A DNA stretch of 64,000 bases from Candidatus Woesearchaeota archaeon (GTDB lineage: Archaea > Nanobdellota > Nanobdellia > Woesearchaeales > GW2011-AR9), in contig JABHQW010000003.1 of the NCBI GenBank assembly GCA_018696595.1, positions 224,001 to 288,000 of the forward strand. The letters are read 5' to 3'. Of this stretch, positions 28,143-38,372 are shown in pieces. Position numbers and translations under genes: made by a program. Numbering within the stretch: the first letter of the stretch is position 1; every line of letters begins with the position of its first letter. The notes under the pieces are model-generated. The model was not told the DNA's origin. It did no database searches and saw nothing but the letters and a program-made list of their open reading frames with translations.

Positions 28143-29609
28143 CTACTTAAGGGTAACAACTTCGCCCACTAAACTTCTTAACATATGCGAAACAATCTTA
28201 ACCTTAATCTTCTTACCAAGAGGAATCCGACCTTTAACACCAATAATCAAAGGATAAGTTCCAATTTGTCGACAGAAAGTAGTTTTTCCATCATAAATCT
28301 CTGTGTAAACTTCACTAAGAACAGTTCCAACAGGTACAACTCGTTTCAACATTGGCAAATCAATCTTCTGCCGGATTTCATTTCTCCATTTCCAATAATG
28401 TTTCTTATTCTTTCGCAGAAACTTATTTCCGCCATGCTCTTCCAAATATGTTCCAGGCATAACGACAGCTTGCCGCAAATTAATACGACGCAACATTAAT
28501 CCTGAATCTAAGATCTCTAACAAAGCATCCATGTTCTTCTGATGAGTTCCTTTCCGTTCTTCAAGTAAACCAAAAATCAAATTCAAACCAGGAAGAAAAA
28601 CAGGCATTCCATTCTTGCCCCTCTCTGAACCATACTTGTTGATAATTTCAATTGCTTTCATTGCCACACTAGGAGTCGTGTTCATCCTGTTAGCCTTCAC
28701 AACTTCCGGATCAAAAGATTCAATTCCAAAAGCAGCAATGTTTCCAGGGGTACAATATTTAACAATCGCTTTCGTTATTGCTTCGCCATCTTTAGAAACA
28801 ACAGAATTTGGATTAACATTATCAATATGAAGAACTTCAATCTTTGGACACTTTTTGTTAATCCCCTCCAATAACTCAATAGGCCTATCAATCGCATAAA
28901 AGTCTGCTTGTTTTCCAATACGAAAATAACGAGCCCCCGAATTATAATAAGCAACAACCTCTTCTAAAACACCTTCCATTTTACGATTACAAAACTTATT
29001 CTTGATTGACTCGGTACAAAAACTACACTTCCCGAACTTGCAACCACGAGAAGTTTCAATTTCAATTACTCTTTTATCAGGAATCTGATTCAATATACCG
29101 GCACCTTCAACCACGTATTTATCTAACTCATCAAAAGCATAAGTATAATCTTTAACTTCATTAAACAAAGATAAATCTTCTTTCTCAAAAGATTTTCCAC
29201 CTTCAAGTTGGGTACCAAATACGGCAGGCCCAGTAAGAATTTTCTCACACTTAATATCCTTTAACATTGGCAAGACTTCTTTTAAAGTCCCAGGAACAGC
29301 AGTTAAATATTTGCCAGGAACGTGTACCCCAAGAATTACAATCAACAGATCTGTTTTTAATAAAGTTTCTTCAGCCTTATTCTTGGTAAGGTTATTCACA
29401 TAAATGTTTGTTTTCTCTTTCACAGAAGGTTCTTTCTTAACACCTTTCAACTGTTTCCATAATCTTAAATCATCAATAGTCAGATAATTAACGGAATCTC
29501 CTGAAGAAGTAAACTTACCAAATAAATACCTAGGATAAGTTCCTAAGTATGGTGGAACACCTAATCCAGAAGCTTCATCTGTGTAACAGTCAAGTATAGT
29601 TATGTTCAT
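28143..29609 (-). CDS. Archaeal radical SAM protein with C-terminal TRAM-like domain (COG1031-like)
   Basis: ILDCYTDEASGLGVPPYLGTYPRY, ETSRGCKFGKCSFCTE, HIDNVNP, RRINLRQ. Start moved to MNITILDC. Confidence 0.9.
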   Translation of the reverse strand: MNITILDCYTDEASGLGVPPYLGTYPRYLFGKFTSSGDSVNYLTIDDLRLWKQLKGVKKEPSVKEKTNIYVNNLTKNKAEETLLKTDLLIVILGVHVPGKYLTAVPGTLKEVLPMLKDIKCEKILTGPAVFGTQLEGGKSFEKEDLSLFNEVKDYTYAFDELDKYVVEGAGILNQIPDKRVIEIETSRGCKFGKCSFCTESIKNKFCNRKMEGVLEEVVAYYNSGARYFRIGKQADFYAIDRPIELLEGINKKCPKIEVLHIDNVNPNSVVSKDGEAITKAIVKYCTPGNIAAFGIESFDPEVVKANRMNTTPSVAMKAIEIINKYGSERGKNGMPVFLPGLNLIFGLLEERKGTHQKNMDALLEILDSGLMLRRINLRQAVVMPGTYLEEHGGNKFLRKNKKHYWKWRNEIRQKIDLPMLKRVVPVGTVLSEVYTEIYDGKTTFCRQIGTYPLIIGVKGRIPLGKKIKVKIVSHMLRSLVGEVVTLK

Positions 29610-29713
29610 GATATCATTAATTACTTGTTTTATTATAAATATAACGATTGAAAATATAACTCCCAGTACAACAATGCTTTTTAACAAGTTCAAGATAATA
29701 AATATTGAAAAAG

Positions 29714-30286
29714 ATGGTCTATAAAATAGGATTAACTTCTACCCACGGCACAGGAAAAACATCATTAAGATTCGATGTTGCTGGCGCTTTATCAAAAAGG
29801 GGGATCAAAACAATTGATGTTAGAGAAGTCGCCACATTAGCAACACATTTGGGGATTCCGATTAACCAAGAGACAACTTTAGAAGCACAAGCATGGATAT
29901 TACATAAACAATGCACATTAGAACTTAAAGGAGAAATCGACAAATATCAAGCTATTGTTTCAGATAGGACGGTTTTTGATAATTATATCTATTTAGCTAA
30001 TGCCTGTGGAGAAAACCCTCATTATTTGAATTTAGCATTGAACCATGCAAAACAACACCCATATTCAAAGATTTATTTATTACCTGTAGTTGGAGAACTG
30101 GAAGAAAATGGAACCAGAGATGCTGAAGATAAACAATTTCAAATAACCATCAATGACAAATTAGAAGCATTTCTGGAAAAACATAATATTGAACATATTA
30201 AACTTCCAATTCCTAAACCTTATGATGGCGATAGAGAAGAGTGGTTAAAATTAATTGTTTATGAAACACTTAAAGATTTAGAATAA
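29714..30286 (+). CDS. P-loop nucleotide kinase-like ATPase (NadR/AAA_28-like)
   Basis: STHGTGKTS Walker A, VSDRTVFD, ENGTRD. Confidence 0.75.
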   Translation: MVYKIGLTSTHGTGKTSLRFDVAGALSKRGIKTIDVREVATLATHLGIPINQETTLEAQAWILHKQCTLELKGEIDKYQAIVSDRTVFDNYIYLANACGENPHYLNLALNHAKQHPYSKIYLLPVVGELEENGTRDAEDKQFQITINDKLEAFLEKHNIEHIKLPIPKPYDGDREEWLKLIVYETLKDLE

Positions 30287-30290
30287 TAGA

Positions 30291-31016
30291 ATGGCAAAAC
30301 AGATAATCTTAATTGCTGGCAACATTTGTGCAGGAAAGACCGAACTTGGTAAGTACATTGAAGAAAATAAAGCACAGTTCGAACCATTTCTTGCAGAAGG
30401 TGAAGAAGTTACATTCATTCCTGAATTTATTGATCCAGTAGCATTAGAGTTATTTTATAAAGACATGAAAGAACATAGTGTAACCTTTGAAGAAAGCTGT
30501 CTAAGAGGAAGAATTAACCGCCACTTAAAAGCCAAACAGGAGTCAGGGATTTACATTTTTGACAGAGGCACGATTGAAGGAGCAGAAACATTTTGTAAGA
30601 ATTCTTTCGAAGAAGATAATCTTTCACGTGAAGACTATGAGAATTACCATCGTAACTTAGAAAGGGGATTAGACCAATTAGATCGTACAAAACAAGATCA
30701 ATGGTTAGAACAGATAGTTATTTATTTAAAAGTTGGTAATGAAAAAGTTTTAGTTGAAAGACAAAAACAAAGAGATACAGCTAACGAAACTATTCCTATT
30801 GAATATCTAATAAAGATTAACAGAATGTATGAAACTCTTTTTGGTAATGTTGACCTGGTTTATTCAAAGTATGCTGTAAGGGCGCCAGAAGTAATAACAG
30901 TTGACGCCACCCAGGATTTCACTCGAGATAAAGGTTATCATTCAAGAATACTAGACTCTTTGGTCCAATCACTAGAAAGAAAACAAGATAGAAACCAACA
31001 AATTCTTCTAAAGTAA
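30291..31016 (+). CDS. Deoxynucleoside kinase family protein
   Basis: IAGNICAGKT, IPEF, IFDRGTIEG, ERQKQRD..ETIPIEYL. Confidence 0.8.
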   Translation: MAKQIILIAGNICAGKTELGKYIEENKAQFEPFLAEGEEVTFIPEFIDPVALELFYKDMKEHSVTFEESCLRGRINRHLKAKQESGIYIFDRGTIEGAETFCKNSFEEDNLSREDYENYHRNLERGLDQLDRTKQDQWLEQIVIYLKVGNEKVLVERQKQRDTANETIPIEYLIKINRMYETLFGNVDLVYSKYAVRAPEVITVDATQDFTRDKGYHSRILDSLVQSLERKQDRNQQILLK

Positions 31017-31052
31017 TAAATAAGAAAAAAGAAAAAAGAAAAAAAAAGAAAT

Positions 31053-33011
31053 TTACTTTCGCTTCATTAACCAGTAAGCAACCACAATTACTGCAATTAC
31101 TACCAAGATTAAAGCCACCCACGGCCAAGTTGATTTGCCTTCTTTAGTTATTTCTTCAGTTATTTCTTCAGTAGTTTCTTCAACAACTTCTTCGCCAACT
31201 TCAGCTACTTCAGCCACTTCTTCAGCAACTAGCTCTTCTTCAGTTAACGGAGCCGCTTCTTCTTTTTGCCCAATTACAAAATAACTGAATCCAGGAGTTT
31301 CCGCGGTATAATGTTGATAAGTATCATCAGCAGAACCAAGGGTTGTCTTCAACTCTACCCACTTCTCATCGACATACCTAAACATAGCAACATTATTCTT
31401 ACTAAACTTGTTTTCTTTCAACCATGCTTTAGTTACTTTAAAGTCAATTGTTACTGATCCTTCTAAAGCTTCTTGAACATTATTCTCAGTAATCTTAACA
31501 TTCTTGTAAACTTTGTTACTAAATGTTTTAACGTTACTCGGCAAACTAGTTTTCTTCTCAACTTTTAACCAAGCCCCGTAAATGGTTTTGTCAACTTTAA
31601 AGTTTACTTCAGTAACACCAATTTCACCATTATCAACTTCCACGGTGGCTGTTTCTCCACTATTAATGGAAGCCCAAACTTCTTTTGCAAATAAACCCGC
31701 AGCACCTGTTCCGATACCACCAGAAGAACCACTATTACCACCACCACTAGATGATGCTGTACTTTCAGTATATTGGACACTACGCGCATTTCCAGCCTCG
31801 TCTGTACAAACAACAGTAAAAGTAAAGGAAGTTTCAGATTGCAATCCAGAATAAGTAATTGTCCAGGAATCTTTAGTCCCAGTAATAGAACCAATATCTG
31901 AAGTACAACTAGCAGCATCAACATTTGTACTTACATCAATTGTAAGTGAACTGGTTGATATAGTTGTAGATGTAAAAGAAATAGTTGGTGCAGTATTGTC
32001 AATCCAAAATGTTCTATTTACTGACCAAGACTCATTAATGTTATTAGCAGTATCATTCACATAAACAGTTAAGTTATAATGACCATCAGTAATATTTGCA
32101 GTACCATAACTAATGTTCCAAGAACTTCCATTAGCAGCAGTAATGTTTATTAAATACTGAGACCCACTAGCATTACTAAAATTAAGAACAACCCAATCAA
32201 CACCAGCTAAACCATCTGTAGCAGTTACGTTAAAAAGAACAACACCACTTAAGTTATTACTAGAGTTACCAGTTATGTTCAACTGAGTAACTGCTGGAGC
32301 AATAGTATCATAAACAAACTCAAATCTAGTAGTACTATTCACATTGTTAACTGTATCGTTTGCCAAGATAGTTAAATTATATCTATTGTTACTCAAATTA
32401 CCAGACGCATTTAATGTAAAGTTCCAATAATTGCCATTAGCAACAGATGAGTTGTAGATATAAATTTGTCCACTACTACCATTACTAATATTAAACCTTA
32501 CCCAATCCATTCCAACTAAAGCATCTGTGGCAGTTACATTGAAAAGGAAAGTGTTAGTACTAAAATTACCTGCCGGTGTGTTAATAGTTACTACAGGAAC
32601 AGTGTTATCAACTGTAATATTTATCGAATAATTAGATGGCATATTCAATGCACCAGAAACATTGGACATGTTAATCATTAATTTATACATTCCATCTGTA
32701 AGAATTGAGGTGTCAAATAATGAAGATTGATTATTATCAAATTTAACGTCATTTAAAGTATTATTCCAAATAGTTTCGTTGTAAACAAAAGATCCATTTA
32801 ATGCTTGAAAACGAAACGTCACATTTGTAATGTTGTTAGCGTTTGACCCATCTTGGTTCAATGTTACATTCAGCACAATACTCCCACTATAATTAGTCAT
32901 ATTTACTGGTGCAACGACCGTCGAAGAACTAATTAGTCCAAAAGCAAAACAAGCTAATAAAACAAATACTAAAACAAATAAAACCAGGATCCCTTTTTTT
33001 TTGAAATTCAT
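31053..33011 (-). CDS. PGF-pre-PGF domain cell-surface glycoprotein
   Basis: Signal peptide; Ig-like DTxAP repeats with many NxS/T sequons; YTAETPGFSYFVIG; acidic linker and C-terminal TM anchor. Confidence 0.9.
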   Translation of the reverse strand: MNFKKKGILVLFVLVFVLLACFAFGLISSSTVVAPVNMTNYSGSIVLNVTLNQDGSNANNITNVTFRFQALNGSFVYNETIWNNTLNDVKFDNNQSSLFDTSILTDGMYKLMINMSNVSGALNMPSNYSINITVDNTVPVVTINTPAGNFSTNTFLFNVTATDALVGMDWVRFNISNGSSGQIYIYNSSVANGNYWNFTLNASGNLSNNRYNLTILANDTVNNVNSTTRFEFVYDTIAPAVTQLNITGNSSNNLSGVVLFNVTATDGLAGVDWVVLNFSNASGSQYLINITAANGSSWNISYGTANITDGHYNLTVYVNDTANNINESWSVNRTFWIDNTAPTISFTSTTISTSSLTIDVSTNVDAASCTSDIGSITGTKDSWTITYSGLQSETSFTFTVVCTDEAGNARSVQYTESTASSSGGGNSGSSGGIGTGAAGLFAKEVWASINSGETATVEVDNGEIGVTEVNFKVDKTIYGAWLKVEKKTSLPSNVKTFSNKVYKNVKITENNVQEALEGSVTIDFKVTKAWLKENKFSKNNVAMFRYVDEKWVELKTTLGSADDTYQHYTAETPGFSYFVIGQKEEAAPLTEEELVAEEVAEVAEVGEEVVEETTEEITEEITKEGKSTWPWVALILVVIAVIVVAYWLMKRK

Positions 33012-33146
33012 ATATATCAACCTCTTTTTTTAAATGTAAATTTATAGTAATAGTAAATCTTAGGACATTATAAAAGTTTCTTTTTCTAGAAAATAGTTCT
33101 ATATCTGTAAACTATATGTTCAATAACATAAATAAAAAGAAAAAAA

Positions 33147-33295
33147 TGGACTTGCCGAGACTTTCAAAAATAATTCCGCAGTGCGTTGGATTTTATATCC
33201 AACTCGCTCTTGCGTATCAAATGCGCGTAACCATTTGGTTGAACTCGGGTCCCACGGCTGCCAGCCGTGAATAATAGCCGTTATACTACAAGCCC
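33147..33295 (-). tRNA. tRNA-Ala(GGC) with a 77-nt 59/60 intron (33161-33237)
   Basis: Acceptor GGGCTTG/CAAGTCC with G3:U70 and A73; anticodon arm CACGG-CTGGCAG-CCGTG; T stem CCGAG/CTCGG; BHB helix TTCA/TGAA; mature length 72 nt. Confidence 0.9.
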
Positions 33296-33344
33296 AAAAC
33301 AAAACAGAAATAATTAACCTACTATATATACATAACGGAAAAAT

Positions 33345-35060
33345 TCAAACCATCTTTTCAACTTCTTCACTAGTTGTAGCCTGCTCTGCTTTCTTATCAT
33401 CTCTAAACTTCAAAAATCTTGGAAATCGTAAAGCCAATCCAGAAGCGGCCGTATGAAACGGACTTTTAGTAACTTCTGCACCAAAAACTTCTACAACCAC
33501 ATTTGGTGAAAACCAAACATCTGCTTCCATTTCTTTCTTAAACAGTAACCGAGCAGGTTGTTTCTTAAGTTCATACTTCTTTAATTTCTTGGGCAATTCT
33601 GCTAAAACCTCATCAGTTAAACCAGTTCCCAATTTACAAAAAGTTTCAAACCGATCTTCTTTGTCATTATAAACTGCACAAAGTAAAGCCCCGTAAACTC
33701 CACTCCTTTTACCCCTACCGTAAAAAGCACCAACGATAACCAAATCAAGAGTATCAATCATTTCTTGAACGTATTCCTTTTTCCATTTGATCCAATTCCA
33801 ACCCCGAACCCCGGCTTGATAGACAGAATCTTCTGCTCGGGACTTAATAAAAATACCTTCATAACCAGAATTCAACATTTTTCTAAAGAATTCATCAATC
33901 TCATTAACATCATCAGTAAGAATTCTTTCAGTAGGATTAACTTCTTTATTCTTATGTAAAATCTTTTCTAATTTTTCACTTCTCTTAAAATAAGGTTCGT
34001 TCAAATAAGGTTTTCCATTTAAATATAATAAATCAAAAACTTTGAAATTGATTGGAATCTTCTTAACATATTCTTCAATGTCGTGTTTTCTTCTTCTCTG
34101 CATTAAAACTTGGAACGGTTGCGGTTTACCATCTTGATCAACAGCAAGAACTTCTCCCTCAACAATAAATTCTTTCTCGGGAATTGCTTTCAGTAGATAC
34201 TTAACTAAATCTGGAAATTGATCAGTAATATTATCAAGTCTTCTGGAAAATAAATGTATTTTTCCTTCTTTATCTTTATGTGCTTGGATTCTTTCCCCAT
34301 CATATTTAGCTTCAACAGTAACTTTGCCAGGAATCTTTTCTTGTGCTTCCTCTAACGATTTAACTCTTTGCCCGAGCATCATTCTTATTGGTATGCCAAC
34401 ATGAATCTCAATCTTTTCAATCGCTTTCAAACCTTTCTTAGCTAAAGTTTCCGCAATAATTCCTACGTCAGGACAAATGTTGTAAGCGTTTTCCAAAATT
34501 TTCTTATTTTGCTTATCTCCCGTAAAAGCCATTGCTAAAGCATCAAGTACGGCCATTTCTGCTACGCCCATTCTTAACGTTCCTAAAGCAACTCTTACTA
34601 AATACTTAGCACTTTTACCAGTACATTTCTGTAACATTGCTGCAAGAGTATTAATTTTCAAATCCTGGCTTTTCGCTCCAGAAGTTTCTGCAATCTTATG
34701 TAATCCTTTGAAAGCTTCATCTAAAGTTAATTTTCCTACTGGAACAAGAGTCATTGGTTTTGTTTTCATAATTTTCTCTGCTACTAAACCGGCATCACCT
34801 GTTTCTTTCAAAATTCTTTTAACTCTGCTTGAATCTGCACCACCAGCAATAGAAATTGATTTCAAAACCATCTTCTCTGCTAGATTTAATACAACAGATT
34901 GATAGTCAGAAGCAATCTGCCCAAGAGTTAGATAAGAAATAATTCTAATGTCGTCCTTTGGAACTTCTTTAAAGAATTCTGCTAGAATTTCTCTTATTTG
35001 ATTCCCTGAAGCAGTATTTTCTAGTTCTTCATAGATGTTGGCTAGCTTAGTAAAGTCCAT
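33345..35060 (-). CDS. lig: ATP-dependent DNA ligase
   Basis: EAKYDGERIQAH, VEGEV, VFDLLY, EGIFIK, WIKWKK, DLVIVGA, LRFPRF. Confidence 0.97.
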   Translation of the reverse strand: MDFTKLANIYEELENTASGNQIREILAEFFKEVPKDDIRIISYLTLGQIASDYQSVVLNLAEKMVLKSISIAGGADSSRVKRILKETGDAGLVAEKIMKTKPMTLVPVGKLTLDEAFKGLHKIAETSGAKSQDLKINTLAAMLQKCTGKSAKYLVRVALGTLRMGVAEMAVLDALAMAFTGDKQNKKILENAYNICPDVGIIAETLAKKGLKAIEKIEIHVGIPIRMMLGQRVKSLEEAQEKIPGKVTVEAKYDGERIQAHKDKEGKIHLFSRRLDNITDQFPDLVKYLLKAIPEKEFIVEGEVLAVDQDGKPQPFQVLMQRRRKHDIEEYVKKIPINFKVFDLLYLNGKPYLNEPYFKRSEKLEKILHKNKEVNPTERILTDDVNEIDEFFRKMLNSGYEGIFIKSRAEDSVYQAGVRGWNWIKWKKEYVQEMIDTLDLVIVGAFYGRGKRSGVYGALLCAVYNDKEDRFETFCKLGTGLTDEVLAELPKKLKKYELKKQPARLLFKKEMEADVWFSPNVVVEVFGAEVTKSPFHTAASGLALRFPRFLKFRDDKKAEQATTSEEVEKMV

Positions 35061-35083
35061 AGAATTCTAGATTACTCATTATT

Positions 35084-36099
35084 ATTTAAAGGTTGTTGTA
35101 AGATATTAAAAGTTAAAAATAGACCACCCCCATAAAGTAACAACCCCACAAAAACTTTATAAACAAAAACAATTCTGAAAGTAATATGAGAAAATATCTT
35201 TGTAATGATTGTAATTTAGAAAGGTTATTAAAAAGTTTTGCAGGTAAAACCTTTGAAGATCCAAGAATAGTTTTAAACTCATTATCTGAATTAAATAAGC
35301 AAGATATGGAAGATTATGTTAAAGTAAAAGGCTTAGACGTATTGAAACAAGGAAGAGAAACACTTTTACAAGGAATTTATACAATGACATTAGGTGGTAT
35401 AGCTTTAAACCATCAAATTGGCAGAGAAATGGAATTTTCAGATTTTTTAATTGTAGGTGGCTTATGGTTTGGAGCATTAGCATCAACAGGGGCTACTTTA
35501 TTACATAAAAATGAGACCAAAGAACTTTCCGAAAAATTAGAAGAAATTTGTTATCCTCATTGGTCAACTTTTATCCGTGAAAATAAAGGGATGTATCAAT
35601 TAAGTACAGAATCAGTAAAAGATCCAAAAGATAATAGCTGGGGAAGCGATGAAGAAATAATGAACCAAAAATCAGAAGAAGGAAAAAAAATCATAGATTC
35701 TGAAAGATCACTGGAAAATAGAAAACAGGGTGAAGCATATGTTTTAGTAAACGGAGTATTAGTTACTGAATGTGAATCCAGAAACGAAACAGCTGATGTT
35801 ATTGATTTTAAAACAGGAATAAAACTAGAAGAAGAATCTTATTCAACAAATCTTAAAATTGTTACAAAAAATGAATTTGGTTTAAAAACAGCTGATGCAT
35901 ATATAGAAGCACCAACTAATGAATTATTAGGTCAAGATAGATCTTTATTAGGACAAGAATTATGGATGTTATGCCAATATGAAGGAGAAAAAATTAGAGT
36001 AGTAGATTATGGCCCTGCTGTTAATATAACTCCGACTGTTCCTGAAGTTATTAGAAAAGTCCAAGTTTGAAAATAATTAGAAGATTTAAAGGTTGTTGT
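35084..36099. repeat. 16-bp direct repeat ATTTAAAGGTTGTTGT (35084-35099 and 36084-36099) flanking an orphan gene
   Basis: Direct comparison; copies are 1000 bp apart and the first overlaps the lig TATA box. Confidence 0.7.
35186..36070 (+). CDS. Orphan hypothetical membrane protein
   Basis: 294 aa with two hydrophobic segments; TTTATAAA 22 nt before the ATG. Confidence 0.7.
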   Translation: MRKYLCNDCNLERLLKSFAGKTFEDPRIVLNSLSELNKQDMEDYVKVKGLDVLKQGRETLLQGIYTMTLGGIALNHQIGREMEFSDFLIVGGLWFGALASTGATLLHKNETKELSEKLEEICYPHWSTFIRENKGMYQLSTESVKDPKDNSWGSDEEIMNQKSEEGKKIIDSERSLENRKQGEAYVLVNGVLVTECESRNETADVIDFKTGIKLEEESYSTNLKIVTKNEFGLKTADAYIEAPTNELLGQDRSLLGQELWMLCQYEGEKIRVVDYGPAVNITPTVPEVIRKVQV

Positions 36100-36126
36100 G
36101 CTAGAAATAGAAAGATCCAAAATAAA

Positions 36127-36681
36127 TTATTTATACTCTTCCATTAATGCTAATTTAGGATCTAATAATTCTTCAACCAAATCTGGATCCTCAAAATATG
36201 GGCCCGCAATCATAAAAACATAAATTTTGTCTCCTCTACGTATCTGAATAATATTACCAAAAATTTCATCATCATCATTCACTAAAAATGAAAAAAAAGT
36301 TTCATCACCCAAATCAATAAAGTTTTCTTGTTCTTCTACTTTACTATCACCAAAATATGCGCCACCTTTGTAAGCCAGAATAAAGTTTCTGAAACTTTGT
36401 TTTGCTTCAGCCACATTTTTCTCAAAGTTAATAGATGACATGATCATTAACTGATCAACTTTTTCTATTTCAAAGGAATCGTATTCATATTCTATTTCAA
36501 TAGACCCATCAGTATAAGCAACTTTATCATATTCTCCAATTTCTGCCAGATATGAAAGATCATAGTCTTGAAAATCTTCAACTGAAATTAATAAACCCTT
36601 TTCTTCTTCAGAAATAGATAAAGGGATACATCCACTAATAAAAAACATTAAGATTAACAAAATGGGGGTTATTTTCTTCAT
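36127..36681 (-). CDS. Putative lipoprotein
   Basis: MKKITPILLILMFFISGC lipobox-like signal. Confidence 0.7.
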   Translation of the reverse strand: MKKITPILLILMFFISGCIPLSISEEEKGLLISVEDFQDYDLSYLAEIGEYDKVAYTDGSIEIEYEYDSFEIEKVDQLMIMSSINFEKNVAEAKQSFRNFILAYKGGAYFGDSKVEEQENFIDLGDETFFSFLVNDDDEIFGNIIQIRRGDKIYVFMIAGPYFEDPDLVEELLDPKLALMEEYK

Positions 36682-36751
36682 CAATACAGATTTAAACACA
36701 ATAAGTATATAAAATTATAGTTGCAACAGAACAACAATTTAAAAAAAGAAT

Positions 36752-36862
36752 TTACTCTTCTTCTTCCTCTTCTTCAACTTTCTTCTTTACAAAAGAACTA
36801 AGAGTATGACAACTCATCATTGCTTTATAAGAAATTTTTTTTGTAACGTTTTTTATAATCAT
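36752..36862 (-). CDS. Possible 36-aa peptide with poly-Glu tail
   Basis: Hand-translated MIIKNVTKKISYKAMMSCHTLSSFVKKKVEEEEEEE; GAGGTG SD directly upstream. Confidence 0.4.
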   Translation of the reverse strand: MIIKNVTKKISYKAMMSCHTLSSFVKKKVEEEEEEE

Positions 36863-37127
36863 CCATCACCTCTTTTTTGTAAACACCCAGCGGAAAAACT
36901 AATTTCCGTGGATGTCGGAAGTTCCTTTGTTCCCTAACACCTATCAGAAATTCAGAAAGCGAACTTGTTTATAAATAATGTTGGGGTTGAAAATATATTC
37001 TATAACCCGATACCATTCCAAAAGTATAATTGCAGTTTACTACTCGCAACCAATATGTCCCATTACTACTTTTGTAGAGGTAGAAAAAGTTTAAGATTAA
37101 ATTAAAAATAATTATTAAAAGTTTTAG

Positions 37128-37430
37128 TCAGAACCAGATCTCGGGAAATTGTTTTCTAATTTCCAAAACGAGATTCAAAGATTCTTTATACTGAACATAA
37201 GTATTTTCTTTCATCTGTGCAAAAGTCTCATCTTGCGATAAATAGGGAATACATTTTTCTTCATAACGTAAAATCCTACCAGTTAACCCAGATAAACAAT
37301 TTCCTTTACGATGAACTTTAGCTCCATCAGGTGGCAGAGCATTTAGTTGCACTTTCAAGTGAGTATATAAAGAATAAACTTCTCTGTCTTGTAAACGTTC
37401 TTCTAACTCTTCTCTTGTTTCTTGTTTCAT
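37128..37430 (-). CDS. Hypothetical protein
   Basis: 100-aa ORF downstream of the tfs operon on the same strand. Confidence 0.6.
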   Translation of the reverse strand: MKQETREELEERLQDREVYSLYTHLKVQLNALPPDGAKVHRKGNCLSGLTGRILRYEEKCIPYLSQDETFAQMKENTYVQYKESLNLVLEIRKQFPEIWF

Positions 37431-37448
37431 TTTACTAAGAACATCTAT

Positions 37449-37934
37449 TTACTTCTGTACCAGATCAATTTCTTGAGAATCTTCAACTTCGCCAGTACCA
37501 GCATTAAGTTTCATGTTTACGAACTTCAGCTGTTTAGTTATGAAAGTAAAATTCCAAACTGTTTTCTCTTGATAAGTTTGCAAGATAATAAAGCCATCTC
37601 CCAAAAGTGCCCCAGGAAAACTTTTAGGAAGTTCTTCTTTGAGAATATCTAAAGCTTGTACAAAAGATAATTTCACTTCATCTAACTTTAAAGGTTCAAC
37701 TTTAGCATCCTGTTTCTTAAAAACATCATCCGCTGGTTTAATCTCAAAACCGTTTTGATTAGCAACAAATACAGTTATCTTATCATTAGAATGGTAACCA
37801 ATTTCCCAGTTAGATTTTAATTGAAAGTCTGCACTTAATGGACAAAATAAATGTGATAAAAAACTTTCAGCATTATCTTGCTGCCACTGTTTAAACAAAT
37901 CATCCTCAGAAAGTTTCTCAATTAACTCTTTCAT
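37449..37934 (-). CDS. Conserved-looking hypothetical protein (PepSY-like C-terminal half)
   Basis: Start moved to ATG 37934, coupled to the tfs stop (TAATG); FLSHLF...WEIGY...WNFTFIT. Confidence 0.7.
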   Translation of the reverse strand: MKELIEKLSEDDLFKQWQQDNAESFLSHLFCPLSADFQLKSNWEIGYHSNDKITVFVANQNGFEIKPADDVFKKQDAKVEPLKLDEVKLSFVQALDILKEELPKSFPGALLGDGFIILQTYQEKTVWNFTFITKQLKFVNMKLNAGTGEVEDSQEIDLVQK

Positions 37935-38245
37935 TATGCATATTCTCTCCAAGTAAAACCACACTTAGTACATCTAAAGAATCTGGTTTCTGGTTCATCT
38001 GCGCCACGAGTTTGCTGAGTCCAGTATAAAGCAATCCCGTGCCCACATTTCTCACACTTTGCTTTAATTTTTGGATGAGTATCTGTATCTTCCATAATTT
38101 CAACTTTCTTACTAACACTACCTTTTTCTTTTAGTTCGATTGTTTCTTCTTCAGGGGCTTTATTAAAACCACAAGTACAGAAAAGAACTTTTTTACCGGC
38201 CTTCATTTTTGGCCTTAATATTGAACCACATTTTGGACAAAACAT
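37934..38245 (-). CDS. tfs: Transcription factor S (TFS/RpoM)
   Basis: MFCPKCGSIL, CEKCG...WTQQTRGADEPETRFFRCTKCGFTWREY. Confidence 0.97.
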   Translation of the reverse strand: MFCPKCGSILRPKMKAGKKVLFCTCGFNKAPEEETIELKEKGSVSKKVEIMEDTDTHPKIKAKCEKCGHGIALYWTQQTRGADEPETRFFRCTKCGFTWREYA

Positions 38246-38372
38246 TGTATATTCACCTATAAGTATATTTAACGATTTTGTTGGAATTGTGAAGTTATTT
38301 ATATAATTTTGGTATTTAGGGAATATGCTTTGAGACTAAACCTTTTTAAACATTTAACTTATCCCAATTAAT

